From positions 74,216,001-74,280,000 of the forward strand of contig NC_086097.1 of NCBI RefSeq assembly GCF_963921235.1: 64,000 nt of DNA, read 5' to 3'. The position numbers and the translations under genes were made by a program. The notes beneath the pieces were generated by a model. It was not told the DNA's origin. It ran no database searches and was given only the letters and a program-made list of their open reading frames with translations. The stretch is from Mobula hypostoma (lineage: Eukaryota). Shown piece after piece: positions 1 through 13,635 of this stretch (positions are counted from its first letter, which is position 1; every line of letters starts with the position of its first letter).

Positions 1-696
1 TGAGGTTATAGGTTCATCAGATTTTAAAAGGATTACAGTCTAATAGCTAGCCGTATACTACATTTTATATATATATTATATAATTTAAATAATCTGCAAT
101 TTCCTATCTAGAAGAGCTCATCATTACCATTTCTCTGTCCTCTTCATTTAATCAATTTATTCCACTAAGTTTTTATCACCCTCCCTCCAAAGATCTTCTT
201 CCTTGCATTGGCAATCACCTTTATAATTACTGCCTGGAGATATTTAAATTGCAGCTATCAATGAGAGAAGAGTTGCTTAAGTTATTTTGACAAAGGTTTG
301 ATAATGACAGAGTTGAAATTGTGTTGGAGGTGAATAAGGGCTGCAAAATCTACCATGTGCAGCAACAGTCAGAAGGATGGCCAGAGTGGAGAGTTCTGGC
401 AGATGCAATTAGGTATAAAGTGCAATCGAGATTACTGAATGTGGTCAGATTGGATCCTGCTCCAGGGCTATTAATCAGTTAACATTTACAGCAGATGAAA
501 TTAGAGTCTCAACACTTGTAACAATGCTGCTTGCATCTGCACCTATAGAAGTGAGTGTAGAGAGGGGTTCAGTGATGTGACATTTTGTCACAACAAAGAG
601 TTTTTTTATTTAAGACTACAAGGAGATTCAGAAGTGACAGGCAATTTAGGTAAAGAAAAATGAGGTTTGGTTGAGCTTGAGATGATGGTGAGTGAA

Positions 697-2960
697 TCTG
701 AATCAGAAAAGAATCAGGTTTAATATCACTGGCATATGTCATGATATATGTTGTTTTGCAGCAGCAATACCTTGCAATACATAATAAAATATGTAAATCC
801 TCCCGGGAGGGGGGAGAAGATGGCGGTGCAATGGCAGCGCGCGTGGCCACTTCAGTGAATGATATCTGTTATCTGTCAAGTAGGGGACCGTGCACAATTC
901 TGATTTGATGGAGACAGATGTGAGAGCACGGAGAAACTTCTGGAATGCCCGCTTCGCTGCCGCTGCTACTGTGTGGTAACCAGAATCTCCGCAGCTGAAG
1001 GCCCCGAAATCCTCGGCTTTGTGTGTTTCAGTGGCCGGAGAGAGGTCGAAGACATTCGGCAGAGGATGGTGCTCGGGAGGCTGTATCGGAGAGGCTGGTC
1101 GGAAGCTCGAAGTTTTGGGACGGATGGACTCAGTGTTGGCTGTGGTCGGCTGCTTCCAGGGTATCGGCAAGTTGACGGTGCCTGGAGGTTTATGGCAGGG
1201 AGTTTCTCCCTTTTGCCACCTGCTATCGGGAACTCAGGAGTCGATTGACTTGGGTCTTTGAGATTTTTTTTTACTGTGCCCATGGTCTGTTCTTCATCAA
1301 ATTATGGTATTGCTTTGCACTGCCGTAACTATATGTTATAATTATGTGGTTCTGTCAGTGTTAGTCTTGGTCTGACCTGTTTTCTGTGATATCACTCCGG
1401 AGAAACATTGTATCATTTCTTAATGCATGTATGCATTTCTAAATGACAATAAAAGAGGACTGAGTGTTCTCATAATCTAATCTAACTTAAATCAGTAGTT
1501 CAAAGAGAGAGCAAAAAAGAGAACAGTAATGTAGTGTACATGGATTCATTGTCTGTTTCGAAATGTTGAATGTGCCTTCAGGCTTCTGTACCTCCTCCTT
1601 GTTGGTAGCAATGAGAAGCAATGTACTCCTGTAGAAATTTACTAGAATGTTTGGTGACATACCTAATCTTCTCAAACTCTGAATGAAACATAACCACTCT
1701 TGTGCCTTCTTTGTAATTGCATCAATATGTTGAGCCCAGGATAGATCTTCAGAGATGTTGATACCCAGGAACTTGAAACTGCTCACTCTTTCCACTGCTG
1801 ATTCGTCAATGAGGACTGGTGTCTGTTCCCTCAACTTTCCGTTCCTAAAGTCCACAATTAATCCCTTGATCTTGCTGACATTGAGTGCAAGATTGTTTTT
1901 CCAACACCACTCAGCAAGATGATCTATCTCACTCCTATACACCTCCCCGTCACCGTTTGGGATTCTGCCAACATAGCTGTGTCATCATCAAATTTATAGA
2001 TGGTGTTTGAGTTGTGCCTAGTCACATAATCATGGGTGTAGAGACAGCAGAGTAGTGGGCTAAGCATGCATCCTTGAGGTATGCCAGTGTTGATTGTCAA
2101 TGAGGAAGAGTTGTTATTTCCGATTTGCACTGACTGTGGTCTCCTGATGAGGAAGTCAAGGATCCAGTTGCAGAGGAAGGTGCAGAGGTCCAGGTTTTCA
2201 AGCTTGTTGATTAGAACTGTGGGTGTGAAGGTGTTGAACACCGAGTTGTAATCAATCAACAGCAGCATGATGTAGGTATTGCTATTGTCCAAGAAGGCTG
2301 AGTGGAGAGACAGTGATATTGCATCCGCTGTAGACCAATTGTGTTGATTGGCATATTGCAGCAGGTCCAGGTCCTTGCCTAGGCAGGAGTTGCTTCTGGC
2401 CATGACTAACCTCTCAATGCACTTCATCACAGTTGATGAAGGTACAACTGGGTGATAGTTGTTGAGGCAGCTTACCCTGTTCTTCCTGAGTATGATTGTC
2501 ACGCTTTTGAAGCAGGTGGCAATCCCTAACTGTAGCAGTGAGAGATTGAAGACACCCTTGAATATTCCCATCAATTGGTCGGCACAGGTTTTCAGTGGCC
2601 TACCAAGTACACCATCAGTGCTTGATGCCTTGGAGGTTTCGCACTCTTCAAAGGTGTTCTGATGTCTCCCTTTCAAGCAAGCTTAAAAGGAGTTGAGCTC
2701 ATCTGGGAGGGAAGCACCACGTCTTTCATGATGTTAGATTTTGCCTTGTAGGAAGTATTGGCCTGCAAACCTTGCCAGGGTTGATGTGATTCCAATTCCA
2801 TCTCTAACTTCATTCAGAATTGTTCCTTCACTCTTAAAATAGCATTCTGTATGTCAAACCTGGACTTCTTGTATAGTTCTGGATCACCGTTCTTGAATGC
2901 CACAGATCTAGCCTTCAGCAGACTACAAATCTCCTGGTTCATCCACGGCTTATGGTTTGG
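697..2960 (-). mobile_element. Rex1/Babar-type LINE, 5'-truncated and degraded, interrupted by the 800-1487 insertion
   Basis: ORFs 1924..2676 and 1487..1942 carry RT motifs (TGIPQGCMLSPLL..LYTHD, YKFDDDTA, VERVSSFKFLGINISEDLSW). The 3' tail (reverse complement of GATATTAAACCTGATTCT) is at ~697-730. Confidence 0.85.
800..1487 (+). mobile_element. Non-autonomous CpG-rich SINE-like retroposon, copy 1
   Basis: Colinear with 10911-11590. AAGATGGCG at 817-825, AATAAA at 1448-1453, (TAATC)n tail. Possible TSD TAAATC at 794-799 and 1488-1493. Confidence 0.8.
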
Positions 2961-3184
2961 GGCACACACTCATCTATGCAGGTCTTGATGAAGTTGGTGA
3001 AATAGGTAAAGAAGGAAATACTTGGATGTTGCCTTTCATAATTTTAGGATGTAGGAAACAACTTAGAGCGAGGGAAGTACTTTCTTGTCATGTGGTTTTC
3101 CAAGATAAAAGCCATTGGTTAGGCTCGCTCTGTATCATTTCTGCTGGTAGCAGGTGGATGGCTCAGCAAATAAGAAGGAGCAGA

Positions 3185-3745
3185 AGAATTGTGGTACAGA
3201 AACCGGGGTATATGTCAGGAAGCTCTTCATTGACTGTGACTCAACATTCAACACTGTCATCCCCTCAAAACTTGTCACCAAGCTCCAACACATGGGCCTC
3301 GGTACCTCTCTGTGAAATTGGATCCTCGACTTCTTCAATGGCAGACTCCAGTTAGTACAGATTGGCATCAACATCTCCTCAACAGACATCATCATCACAG
3401 GTGCACCACAAGGCTGTGTGTCTAGCCACCTACTCTAATCACATTATATTTAAGATTACTGCTCCAATATTGTATATGAGTTTGATGATGACATCACTGT
3501 TACTGGCTGGATCAAAGGTAATGATGAATCAACAAAAAAGAGGGAGTCTGAAAATCTGGTAGCGTGGTGCCACACCAATATCATCTCACTATCACCAAAA
3601 CCAAGGAGCTTAGTATCAACATTAGGAGGAAGAAGCCTCGGCGTTATCTTATCAGAGGGACAAGTAATTGCACCTCTACTTTTTTAGAAGTTTGCATTGG
3701 TTCGGCATGTCATCAAACATTTTGAGAAACTTCTATAGGTGCACT
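3185..3745 (+). mobile_element. Rex1/Babar LINE RT fragment, degraded
   Basis: Frameshifted remnants of FNTVIP..LVTKL, LC*WILDF and TGAPQGCV. Confidence 0.7.
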
Positions 3746-3749
3746 AACT

Positions 3750-3925
3750 CAGTGGTCCCCAACCTCCGGGCCGCAGACTGATACGGAGCCACAAAGAATG
3801 CAGTGATGCAGCGGTAGCCGGAATGCACCCAGCACATCTTTAAGAAAAAAGTCGAAATAAACAAACTAATTAATTAGGTGCCGCCGGGCACGTAAATGTC
3901 GGCCCAGATCAGAGGCGACGCAGTG
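3750..3925 (+). mobile_element. Left end of a hAT (Charlie-like) DNA transposon or MITE
   Basis: Starts CAGTGGTCCCCAACC, typical of hAT-Charlie TIRs. Cut off by CR1 at ~3925; no right TIR seen. Confidence 0.5.
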
Positions 3926-4697
3926 TGAGGTGGCACATTTTGGAAGGACAAACTCCAAGGCAGAGTACAAAGTAATTGGCAGGATACTTGGTAGTGTGGA
4001 GGAGCAGAGGGATCTGGGGGTACATGTCCACAGATCCCTGAAAGTTGCCTCACAGGTAGATAGGGTAGTTAAGAAAGCTTATGGGGTGTTAGCTTTCATA
4101 AGTCGAGGGATAGAGTTTAAGAGTCGCGAGGTAATGATGCAGCTCTATAAAACTCTGGTTAGGCCACACTTGGAGTACTGTGTCCAGTTCTGGTCACCTC
4201 ACTATAGGAAGAATGTGGAAGCATTGGAAAGGGTACAGAGGAGATTTACTAGGATGCTGCCTGGTTTAGAGAGTATGGATTATGATCAGAGATTAAGGGA
4301 GCTAGGGCTTTACTCTTTGGAGAGAAGGAGGATGAGAGGAGACATGATAGAGGTATACAAGATATTAAGAGGAATAGATAAAGTGGAAAGCCAGCGCCTC
4401 TTCCCCAGGGCACCACTGCTCAATACAAGAGGACATGGCTTTAAGGTAAGGGGTGGGAAGATCAAGGGGGATATTAAAGGAAGGTTTTTTACTCAGAGAG
4501 TGGTTGGTGCGTGGAATGCACTGCCTGAGTCAGTGGTGTAGGCAGATACACTAGTGAAATTTAAGAGAGTACTGTACTAGACAGGTATATGGAGGAATTT
4601 AAGGTGGGGGGTTATATGGGAGGCAGGGTTTGAAGGTCGGCACAACATTGTGGGCTGAAGAGACTGTACTGAGCTGTACTATTCTATGTTCTATGTT
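3925..4697 (+). mobile_element. CR1 LINE 3' fragment, relatively young
   Basis: ORF 3930..4541 is open (LYKTLVRPHLEYCVQFWSP, RRMRGDMIEVYKI, FFTQRVVGAWNALP). Ends in a (TTCTATG)n tail. Confidence 0.95.
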
Positions 4698-5983
4698 AAG
4701 CATGGTGAATTTCTATCACCACTTCACTCTGCAGGCTGCTTTCCCTGTATAATGAGCTTAAAGGAAATACCCATAATTAAGTGCTTGAGTGGTTGGCGGA
4801 CATGACCAGACATTTGATGATGCCAGTAGAGCTCTTTTAATATGACCCTGCTGGTGCACCCACTCGCATAGATAGCCTCTCGCATCTGTGCCGGAAGGGC
4901 TCACTGCAACTGATTGCACTAAAGTTTGTTTGGCATGGTCTCAAAAAGGACATGTGTGATTGGACTGCAGCTTGTGTGGAGTGCCAAGGGGCAAAAATTA
5001 ATCATCACGTTCAGACGTCATCGGCACCTTTTGAGGTCCCTAACCGACAGTATGACCATGTCAATCTGGACCTTGTTGGTCTTCTTTCCACCTTCACATA
5101 CCTTCTTACCATGGTGGACCATACCACCATGTGGTCAGAGGTCGTCCCTCTAGCATTGACAATGGCCACAGATGTGGCTCAGGCATTCATTAGAACCTGG
5201 GTTGCTCGGTTTTGCACCCCATCTGATATGTCCTTTGACCGCGGTTCCCAGCTCCTCTTAGACTTCTGGGCTGTGATGGCCCAGAACCTCGGCATTAGGT
5301 TACAACACACCACGGCATATCACCTGCAGTCCAATGGTCTATGCAAGTGGTTTCACCACTCCTTAAAGGCTGCTCTGAGAGTTTCCCTGATGGACAAGTG
5401 TTGGCATGATTGTCTCCCGTGGGTCCTGCTAGGGTGCAGAATTGCTCCAAAAAAGGACCTGCAGTCACCTATGGCAGAGATGGTATACAGGCAGCCATGA
5501 CGAGTGCCAAGTGATTTCATTCCTGACGCTGCAACTGCCTGGCTGACTTCTCAACAGCATTCCAATCTCCTCAGTAAATTCAATTCCTTTTTACCTATTC
5601 CCTCTTCCCAACATGGCATTCAGCACTCTTGGGTTCCTGTTGACCGAAATCCTGCCTCATTTGTTTTCATCCACCATGATGCATACCAACCTCACCGTAG
5701 GCCAGTTCCGCGTATTGGAAGGGAGAGAAAGGACTTTTGTCATAGATAAAAGGAGTAAACTTGAACATATTCCAGTAGATCACCTTAAGCCGGCCCACCA
5801 AGACTTGGAGTATTCTGCTGCCATGCCCCTAGTGTCACAACATGATAAAGTGCATGTCAACGCTCCTCCAGTCCAGCCTGCTGTTCCTCCACCCATGGAA
5901 TGCTGGACCTGAGCCGGGCAGCTTGTCCAAGCTCCAGACAGGCTCACAATGCCAGTTTTAGTGAATTCTGGGGTGTAGGGTAA
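4698..5983 (+). mobile_element. Gypsy/Ty3 LTR retrotransposon remnant (RT-thumb fragment and integrase)
   Basis: ORF 4952..5500: CVECQ, HVNLDLVG, MSFDRGSQ, TTAYHLQSNGLCKWFH. C-terminal IPVDHLKPAH. G-rich PPT-like tract at ~5970-5980. Confidence 0.85.
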
Positions 5984-6179
5984 TGTAATTGGTGGAAACG
6001 TACATAATTCACAACCACTGAGTTTGAGTTGGGGTTCACTTTAAGAGGTTGGTCTTTCATGATGACATAATAACGTGAAGTTCTTTTTACTGCATTTCGT
6101 GTTCAGTATTGGAGTTTGAGTTGTTATGGTTTTCTTAAACATGAAACACCTCACACCATTTTGTTTGTGAAAACCAACA
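5984..6179 (+). repeat. Putative 3' LTR of the 4698-5983 Gypsy element
   Basis: Begins TGT right after the PPT-like tract and ends ..CCAACA. No second copy in the window to confirm. Confidence 0.4.
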
Positions 6180-6189
6180 CAAGCAGTAT

Positions 6190-6410
6190 CTCAAGTGCTT
6201 GATTATGGTTGATTGCTAGTGGTATATAACTCTGGTTAGGTCCATTGATGAGAACTCGCTAGGTAAATAGAATGGATGGCATTTTGATCGTAAGGTGTTT
6301 AAGGTCAGGGAAGTTCCACAAAACCACCACATCAGAGAACACCAAGAGTCTATCATAAAACACACAACTCCAAATTTTGCCTTATCCAAATCAGCGTGAG
6401 ATGTACAGAG
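6190..6410 (-). mobile_element. Rex1-type endonuclease fragment
   Basis: ORF 6216..6416 contains KCHPFYLPSEFSS, resembling the Rex1 APE motif CRPFYLPREF. Confidence 0.55.
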
Positions 6411-7848
6411 AAACATAAAGTTAGCAGCTTGAAAGATATTAGAAGGAATCTAAAACTCACATTTACAATAGAACATACCAGTCAAAATCATCAGGAAGTG
6501 AGGTGTTTATATAGAGTTGTTATGTGGTTGGAAGAATGAGAAAGCCAAGGGCTTAACTGATGTGGAAATATTAAATACTATTGTTTGTCAATGTTGGAAT
6601 CTTCATGCTGCAGAGAAAAATAACATATTTGGAAAACTGCAAGTAAATATGACCTTACAGCTTTCCAGTAATGTAGTACTGTTGAAGCTACTTAAGGATA
6701 AACAACTGTATTGGCTTAAGTATGATAAAATCCTATGCAATAAAATTAAATACATGAAGTGATAATATTGTACTATTTACAATCACAACCAGCTGTAAAA
6801 ATCCAAATCTCATAAAAAACTCACAAATTGACTCAAACATCAAACTACATCAAAATACTAGCAAAGCTTACATTGATGATGCCAGTTCAGTTTCTAAAGT
6901 CTCAAGCTGATCTTGACACTGCACCAATATTTGAACAAATGGGACCACACACATCCCCAGAAAATGCCTTGTTTCAATTTGCAGTTTGTCACTTTTGCAA
7001 GAAGCACAATTTTTCAAATAATGTTATCCCATAGTTTCATACAAGGAAGGGAAATTAACTCCAGTAAATCATTTGTACAATTTTCTTTCTTATAATATTG
7101 TTAATATTTTATTATTTTAATGTCATTAAGTATAGTGACTGGCCAAATTTTGTTTGATTCAATTTGCAAAAAGAAAGAGATAGCTGTATTAGGGTTGAAG
7201 ATAGGAAAGAAAATTTTAGCCACAACCAAATATCCCTCTGGAATATGTTGAGAGTTAAATTAGCCCCCTATTTTATTCTTTATTCTGGGATGTAAACCAG
7301 GTTTAAGACTGCAATTTAACAAAAAAAAACACTGGAGTGTGTACTGCACCCTCTTCCCTCAGATTTTTCAATGACCTTGCAGGAAGTCCATATGGGGACA
7401 GCAAAGGATCACCGAAGAGCAAGAAGTCCATGGTGTTTTTAAGTGGAACTTGAAGGAAGACAAGTGTTCTAGTTGTGCAGTACCAACATCGTGGTCTCTC
7501 CTCCCATCCACTTATGGGAGTTATTTACAAGACAAATTGATATTAGAGTTGGCCAATGTTTCTTGGGCTGCATCAGGGCAGTTTATGGCTATTGGCAGAT
7601 TACTGAAATTATTTAATTGAGGGTCTAAGACTGAATTTAGAGTTAGCTTGTGCCTTTCACCTTTTATATGGCATGTGAAGTTCCATTAGACTACTTTTTT
7701 GGCTTTATGGACAGGGGAAGTCTATTTGGTAGTGTGGCTGTGTGGCTCTGTGGGAGAGCAATCTGATAGTAGCAATCCTCACTCTTTCCTCATCACTCCA
7801 TTGGAAGGAAAAGTTAATTGACTTTCTTTCTCCACACCACGGATACAT

Positions 7849-8618
7849 TCAGAATCAAAATCAGAATCAGTTTTAATATCACTGGCATATGTCATGAAAT
7901 TTGTTAACTTAGTGACAGCAATACAATGGAATACATGATAATATAAAAAAAACAGTAAATCAATTACAGTAAGTATATTTATATGTATATTAAATAGTTA
8001 AATTAAAAATAGTGCAAAACAGGAATAATAAACAAGTGAGGTAGTGTTCATGGGTTCAATGACCATTTAGGAATCGGATAGCGGAGGGGAAGAAGCTGTT
8101 CCTGAATCACTGTGTTCCTTTAGGCTTTTGTACCTCCTTCCAGATGGTAACAATAAGAAGAGGGCATGTCCTGAGTGATGAGGGTCCTTAATAATATGAC
8201 ATCGCCTTTCTGAGGCACGGGTCCTTGAAGATGTCTTGGATACTATGGAGGCTAGTACCCAAGATGGAGCTGACTAATTTTACAACTTCCTGTAGATTTT
8301 TTCAATCCTGTGCAGTAGTTCCCCCATAAGAGACAGTGATGCAGCCTGTCACAATGCTTTCCTCAGAACGTCTGTAGAGGTTTTCAAGTGTTTTAGGTGA
8401 CAATCCAAATCTCCTCAAACTCAATGAAATATAGCTAATGTCTTGCCTTCTTTATAGGAGCATTGATATGTTGGGACCAGGTTAGATCCTCAGAGATCTG
8501 CACACCCAGGAACTTGAAATTGCTCGCTCTCTCTCTATGTCTGATCCTTCTGTGGGGATTAGTTCATGTTCTCTCATCCTACCCTTTCTGAAGTCCACAA
8601 TCAGCTCTTTGGTCTTTC
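7849..8618 (-). mobile_element. Rex1/Babar LINE 3' fragment
   Basis: Reverse-complement match to 14330-15082, with an (AGAATC)n tail at the left end. Confidence 0.85.
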
Positions 8619-8982
8619 TGCTGAATATATCCAGTACTTTCTGTTCTTATTGCATCAGCTAAACCAGTAAAGTATGAGTTCTAATGGTAATGGCCACATC
8701 CCCATAATGCAGAAAAGTCTGGAAGGAGAAACAGTGATCAATGTTTCAGTTCTATAACCTTTCATCGACACTCAACTGAAATTTAAACTAACATTCCCAC
8801 TGCTGATGCTGCCTGATTTATAAAGTATTTCTATCATTCTCTCGTTTATTTCAGATGTCCAGCAACTGTATTGTAATGTTTTTCAAAAGTAATCATGGTA
8901 GTACCCTCAATTTCAGTATTCTGGAAGTTACCATTGACCTTAAGCTTAAATGAACCATAAGCACAGTACAATTGCCACAAAT

Positions 8983-10455
8983 AAGACCAAAAGACGTAGG
9001 TGCAGAATTATGCCATTTCGCCCATCAAGTCTATTCTGCCATTTTATTATGGTTGATCTATTTTTCCTCTCAGCCCCAATCTCCTGCCTTCTCCCTGTAT
9101 CCCTTCATGCCCTGACCAATTAAGAATCTTATCAACCTCTGCCTTAAATATACATACAGACTTGGCCTCCACAGCTGCCTGTGGCAATGAATTCCACAGA
9201 TTCACCATTTTCAGGCTAAAGAAATTCCTCCTCATCTCCATTTTAATAGGATACACCCCTATTCTGAGACTGTATCCTCTGGTCTTAGAATCTCCCAACA
9301 TAAGAAACATCCATCATATTAAGGCATTTCACTATTAGATAGATTTCCATGAGGTCAGCCCCCATTCTTCTGAATTCCAATGGATGCAGCCCAGAGACAC
9401 CAGATGCTCTTCATGTGACAAGCCGTTCAAACCTGGAATCATATTTGTGAACTTCCTTTTGAATGCTCTCTAGCTTCAGCATATCCTTTCAAAGATAAGG
9501 GGCTCAAAACTGTTCACAATACTCTTAAGTGAGACCTCACCAGTGCTTTATAAATTCTCAACATTATATCCTTGTTTTTTTTTATACTCTAGCCCTCTTG
9601 AAATGAATGCTAACATTGCATTTGCCTTCCTCACCACAGACACAACCTGCAAATTAACCTTAGGGAATCCTGTACAAGGATCCCCCAAGACCCTTTGTGC
9701 CTCAGTTTTTTTGTATTTTCTCTCCATTTAGAAAACAGTTAATCATTTCATTTCTTCTACCAAAGTGCCCGACACTATATTCCATCTGCTACTTCTTTGC
9801 CCATTCTCCTAATCTGTCTAGGTCCTGCTGTAGCCTCTCTACTTCCTCAAAACTACCTGCTCCTCCATCTATCTTTGTATCATCTGCAAACTTTGCAACA
9901 AAGTCATCAATTCCATCATCCAAATCATTAACATATAACAGAAGAAGAAATGATCCCAACACAGCCCCCTGTTGAACACCACTAATCACTGGAAGCCAGC
10001 CAGAAAAGGCACTCTTTATTCCCACTCTTTGCTTCCTGCCAATCAACCACTGCTTTATCCATGCTAGAATCTTTCTTCTAATACCATGGGCTCTTAGCTT
10101 GTTAAGCAGCCTCACGTGTGGCACCATTGTCAAAGGCCTTCTTAAAATCCAAATACACATCAACCGATTCTCCTTTGTCTATCCTGCTTGTTATTGCTTC
10201 AATGAATTTCAACAGATTTGTCAGGCAAAATTTTCCTTTGAGGAAACCATGCTGACTACGGCCTGTTTTATCACGTGCCTCCAAGTACCCCAGAACTACA
10301 AGCATAACAATCGATCCAAAGTCTTCCCTACTACCGAGGTCAGACTATCTGGCCTATAATTTCCTTTCTTCTGCCTCCCTCCCTTCTTGAAGAGTGGAAT
10401 GACATTTACACCTGCCCAGTCTTTCAGAACCATTCCAGAATCTAGTGATTATTGC
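8983..10455 (-). mobile_element. CR1 LINE fragment (RT to 3' end)
   Basis: ORFs 10102..10305, 9789..10163 and 9047..9310: SQHGFLKGK, VYLDFKKAFD, KFADDTKI, VNLWNSLP. Confidence 0.9.
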
Positions 10456-10910
10456 AAGATCATTTGATCATCAATATCACTTAAAATATAGCTCAGAGTC
10501 TGGATACTTTGTAAAGTATGTCTCTTCTCCTGACCGCTAAAGTCTTTGCACCATCTACAAGGCACATGTATGTGATGGAAAATTCTCTTGTACAATTCCA
10601 ATAACACTTCATGTTGTCCACGACAAGGCAGCCTATTTGACTAGCATCACTACACCACTAAATATTCACTCCCTTCATTACCCTGAATGTCATGGTGAAT
10701 CATTAATGAAATAAGCAAATTGGAGCACAAGTCCCATTCCAGCAACCTGGACATGAAAATCCAGACCAATACGCAATTAAATTAGCAAATGAAAATTAAA
10801 GGAAAACTGCAAATGCAGCAAAACTGACATACAAACAGAAAAGACCGGTGAAGTCAGGCGGAGCTCCAGTTCAACTTCTTTCATAAAAACTGGGACCTTC
10901 TGGCTAAGTA

Positions 10911-11590
10911 GATGGAGAGGAGAAGATGGCGACGCGACGCAGCTCGCAGCGGCCACTCCGGTGGTGATGTCTGTTATTTCTCAAGTAGGGTGCCGTGCAC
11001 AATCCTGATTTGATGGAGACGGACGTAAGAGCATGGAGGAACATCTGGTGAAACTTCTGAAATGCCTGCTTCGCGGCCGCTGCTACTGTGTGGTCCGGAA
11101 TCTCCGGAGGGGAAGGCCCCGAGTCCTCGGCTTTGCTTGTTGCTTGGCGGCCGAGGCGGGGTCGAAGCGCTCGGCAAAGGATGGTGCTCGGTGCTCGATG
11201 TCGAAGGGCTGGTCGGAGGCTCAAAGTTTTCGGACGGACTCAGAGTCTGCTGCGGTCGGGTGCTTCCAATGGTGCCGCATCGGCAAGTTTGCGGCGCTTG
11301 GAGGTTCATGGCAGGGAGAGTTTCTCCCTTCTACCGTTTGCGTGAGATGATGAGGCTATCGGGACTTTGAGACTTTTCTTACCGTGCCCATGGTCTGCTC
11401 TTTATCAAATTACGGTATTGCTTTGCACTGTTGTAACTATATGTTATAATTACGTGGTTTTGTCAGTTCTAGTCTCGGTTTGTCCCGTGTTTCTTGTGAT
11501 ATCATTCTGGAGGAACATTGTATCATTTTTTAATGCATGCATTTCTAAATGACAATAAACGAGGTCTGAGTGTCTTCAAAATCTAAAAAA
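10911..11590 (+). mobile_element. Non-autonomous CpG-rich SINE-like retroposon, copy 2
   Basis: Colinear with 800-1487. AAGATGGCG at 10923-10931 and a GACAATAAA...AATCTAAAAAA 3' end. Confidence 0.8.
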
Positions 11591-11594
11591 GTCC

Positions 11595-13635
11595 ACATCT
11601 GACATGTGAAGTGTGTTTAAGGACCACCTATACAGAGCACAGAACAAGAACTGTCTGTTCCAGTAAGGAGGAAGGACAAGGATGGCAAGGTAAGAGAAAC
11701 TTGAATGTTGAGAGAGAGGATGAATGTAGTCAAGAAGAGAAAGGAAAGCTAGATTCAAACAGAGTCCTGGAGGATTATAAAGAAACAATACAAAAGCTCA
11801 AGAAGGGAATTAGGAAAGCCAGGAGGGGCCAGGAAAAGCCTTTGGCAAGTAGCGTTAAAGAGAATCCCCAGGCATTCTATGCATACATCAAGAGCAAGAG
11901 GATAAAAGAGGAAATATTTGCTTGGGTGTGGAGGATGTGGATGAGGTCATTAATGAACACTTTACATCTGTATTTACCAAGGAGAAGGACATGATTTATA
12001 TGGAGATCTTTACTGAGTGTATTACTATTATAGGGCATTTTGAAGTAAAGGAGTATCTAAAGTTGGGTCTCTTTAAGAGCATTGAGGTAGATAAATCCCC
12101 AGGACCTGATGGATATACCCTGGGATATTGAGAGAGGCAAGAGAAGAGATTGCTGGAGCTTTGACCAAGGTCTTTCTCTAGTCACAAGTGAGGACTGGCA
12201 AGTAGCTAATATTGTTCCATTATTCAAGAAGGGAATCAGGGATAATCCTGGAAAGCATAGACCTGTGAGTTTCACATCAGTGGTAGCAATGTTATTGGAG
12301 AGAATTCTTAGGGATAGGACATAGGAGCATTTGGAAAACAATAGTCTAATTAGGGAGAACCAGCACAGCTTTGTTAAGGGCAAGTCATGTCTTACTAACT
12401 TGATTGAGTTTTTTATGTGGTGATGAGGCTGTTTGATGAAGGTAGAGCTGTGGATGTTGTTTACATAGATTTTAGTAAGGCATTTGACAAGATCCCTCAT
12501 GAGAGACTCATCCAGAAGATTAAAATGCATGGGATCCATACTGAAATGTCCATTTGGATTCAGAACTGGCTATTCATAGAAGACAGAGGGTAGTGGTTGA
12601 AGGAACTTATTCTAGCTGGAGGTCTTTAATTAGTGGAGTTCTGCAGGGATCTGTGCTAGGATCTCTGTTGTTTGTGATGTACATAAATAACCTGCATGAA
12701 ATGTGGTTAGGTGGTTTGGTAAATTGAAGATTGGTGGTGGTGTGGATAGTGTAGAAGACTGGCAAAGAATGCAATGGGATATACAGTAGATCAGTTGCAA
12801 ATATTGTATGGGCAGAGAAAAGGCAGATAGAGTTTAACCCGGCTAAATGTGAAGTGCTGCACTATGGTAGGTCAAATGTAAAGAGAATGTACACCGTTAA
12901 GGGCAAGGCCCTTAATAGTGTTGTTGAGCAAAGGAATCTTGGGGTTCAAGTTCATAGCTCCCTGTAAATTGTTACACAGGTGAAGAAGGCATATGGCATG
13001 TTTGTGTTTATTACTCAATGCATTGAGTTCAAAAGTCAGGAAATTATGTTGCAGTTTTATAAAACTCTACTTTGTCCACATTTGGAGTATTACATACAGT
13101 TCTGGTCACCCCGTTATAGAAAGGAAGTTGAGGCTTTGGAGGGATGCAGAAGAGGTTTACCAGGATGTTGCCTGGATTAAAGGTCATGTGCTATAGTGAG
13201 AGATTGGACAATCTTGGGTTGTTTTCTCTGGAGTGGCAGAGGCTGTGGGAGATCTGTTAGAGGTTTATAAGATTATGAAAAGCATAGTTAGAGTGGATGG
13301 AGGGTATCTTTTTCCAAGGGTTTAAATGTCCAATATCAGACTGCATGCACTTAAGGTGAGAGGGATAATTTTAAAGGGGATGTGAAGGGCATTTTTTTTT
13401 ACACTCAGGGTGTAGAGGGTGCCTGAAATACCCTGCCTGGGGTGGTGGTAGAGGCAGAAACTTTGAGGACTTTTAAGAGACATTTAGGTGGGCACATGAA
13501 TGTAAGGAAGATGGAATAATATGGACATTGCATGAGCAGAAGAGATTTGTTTAGTTGACAATTTAATTACTGATTTAATTGGTTTGGCAAAACATTATGG
13601 GCTGTTCATGTACTGTTTTTTGTTCCATGTTCTGT
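11595..13635 (+). mobile_element. CR1 LINE, 5'-truncated and degraded
   Basis: KENPQAFYAYIKSKR, KSPGPDG, DWQVANIVPLFKKG, HLEYYIQFWSP. TTCCATGTTCT tail. Confidence 0.9.

Noticed and set aside
569..1283. Overlapping 80-143 aa ORFs, with similar ones at 10904-11370
   Set aside because: They arise from GC-rich repeat sequence, frames are not conserved between the two copies, and no domain is recognisable.
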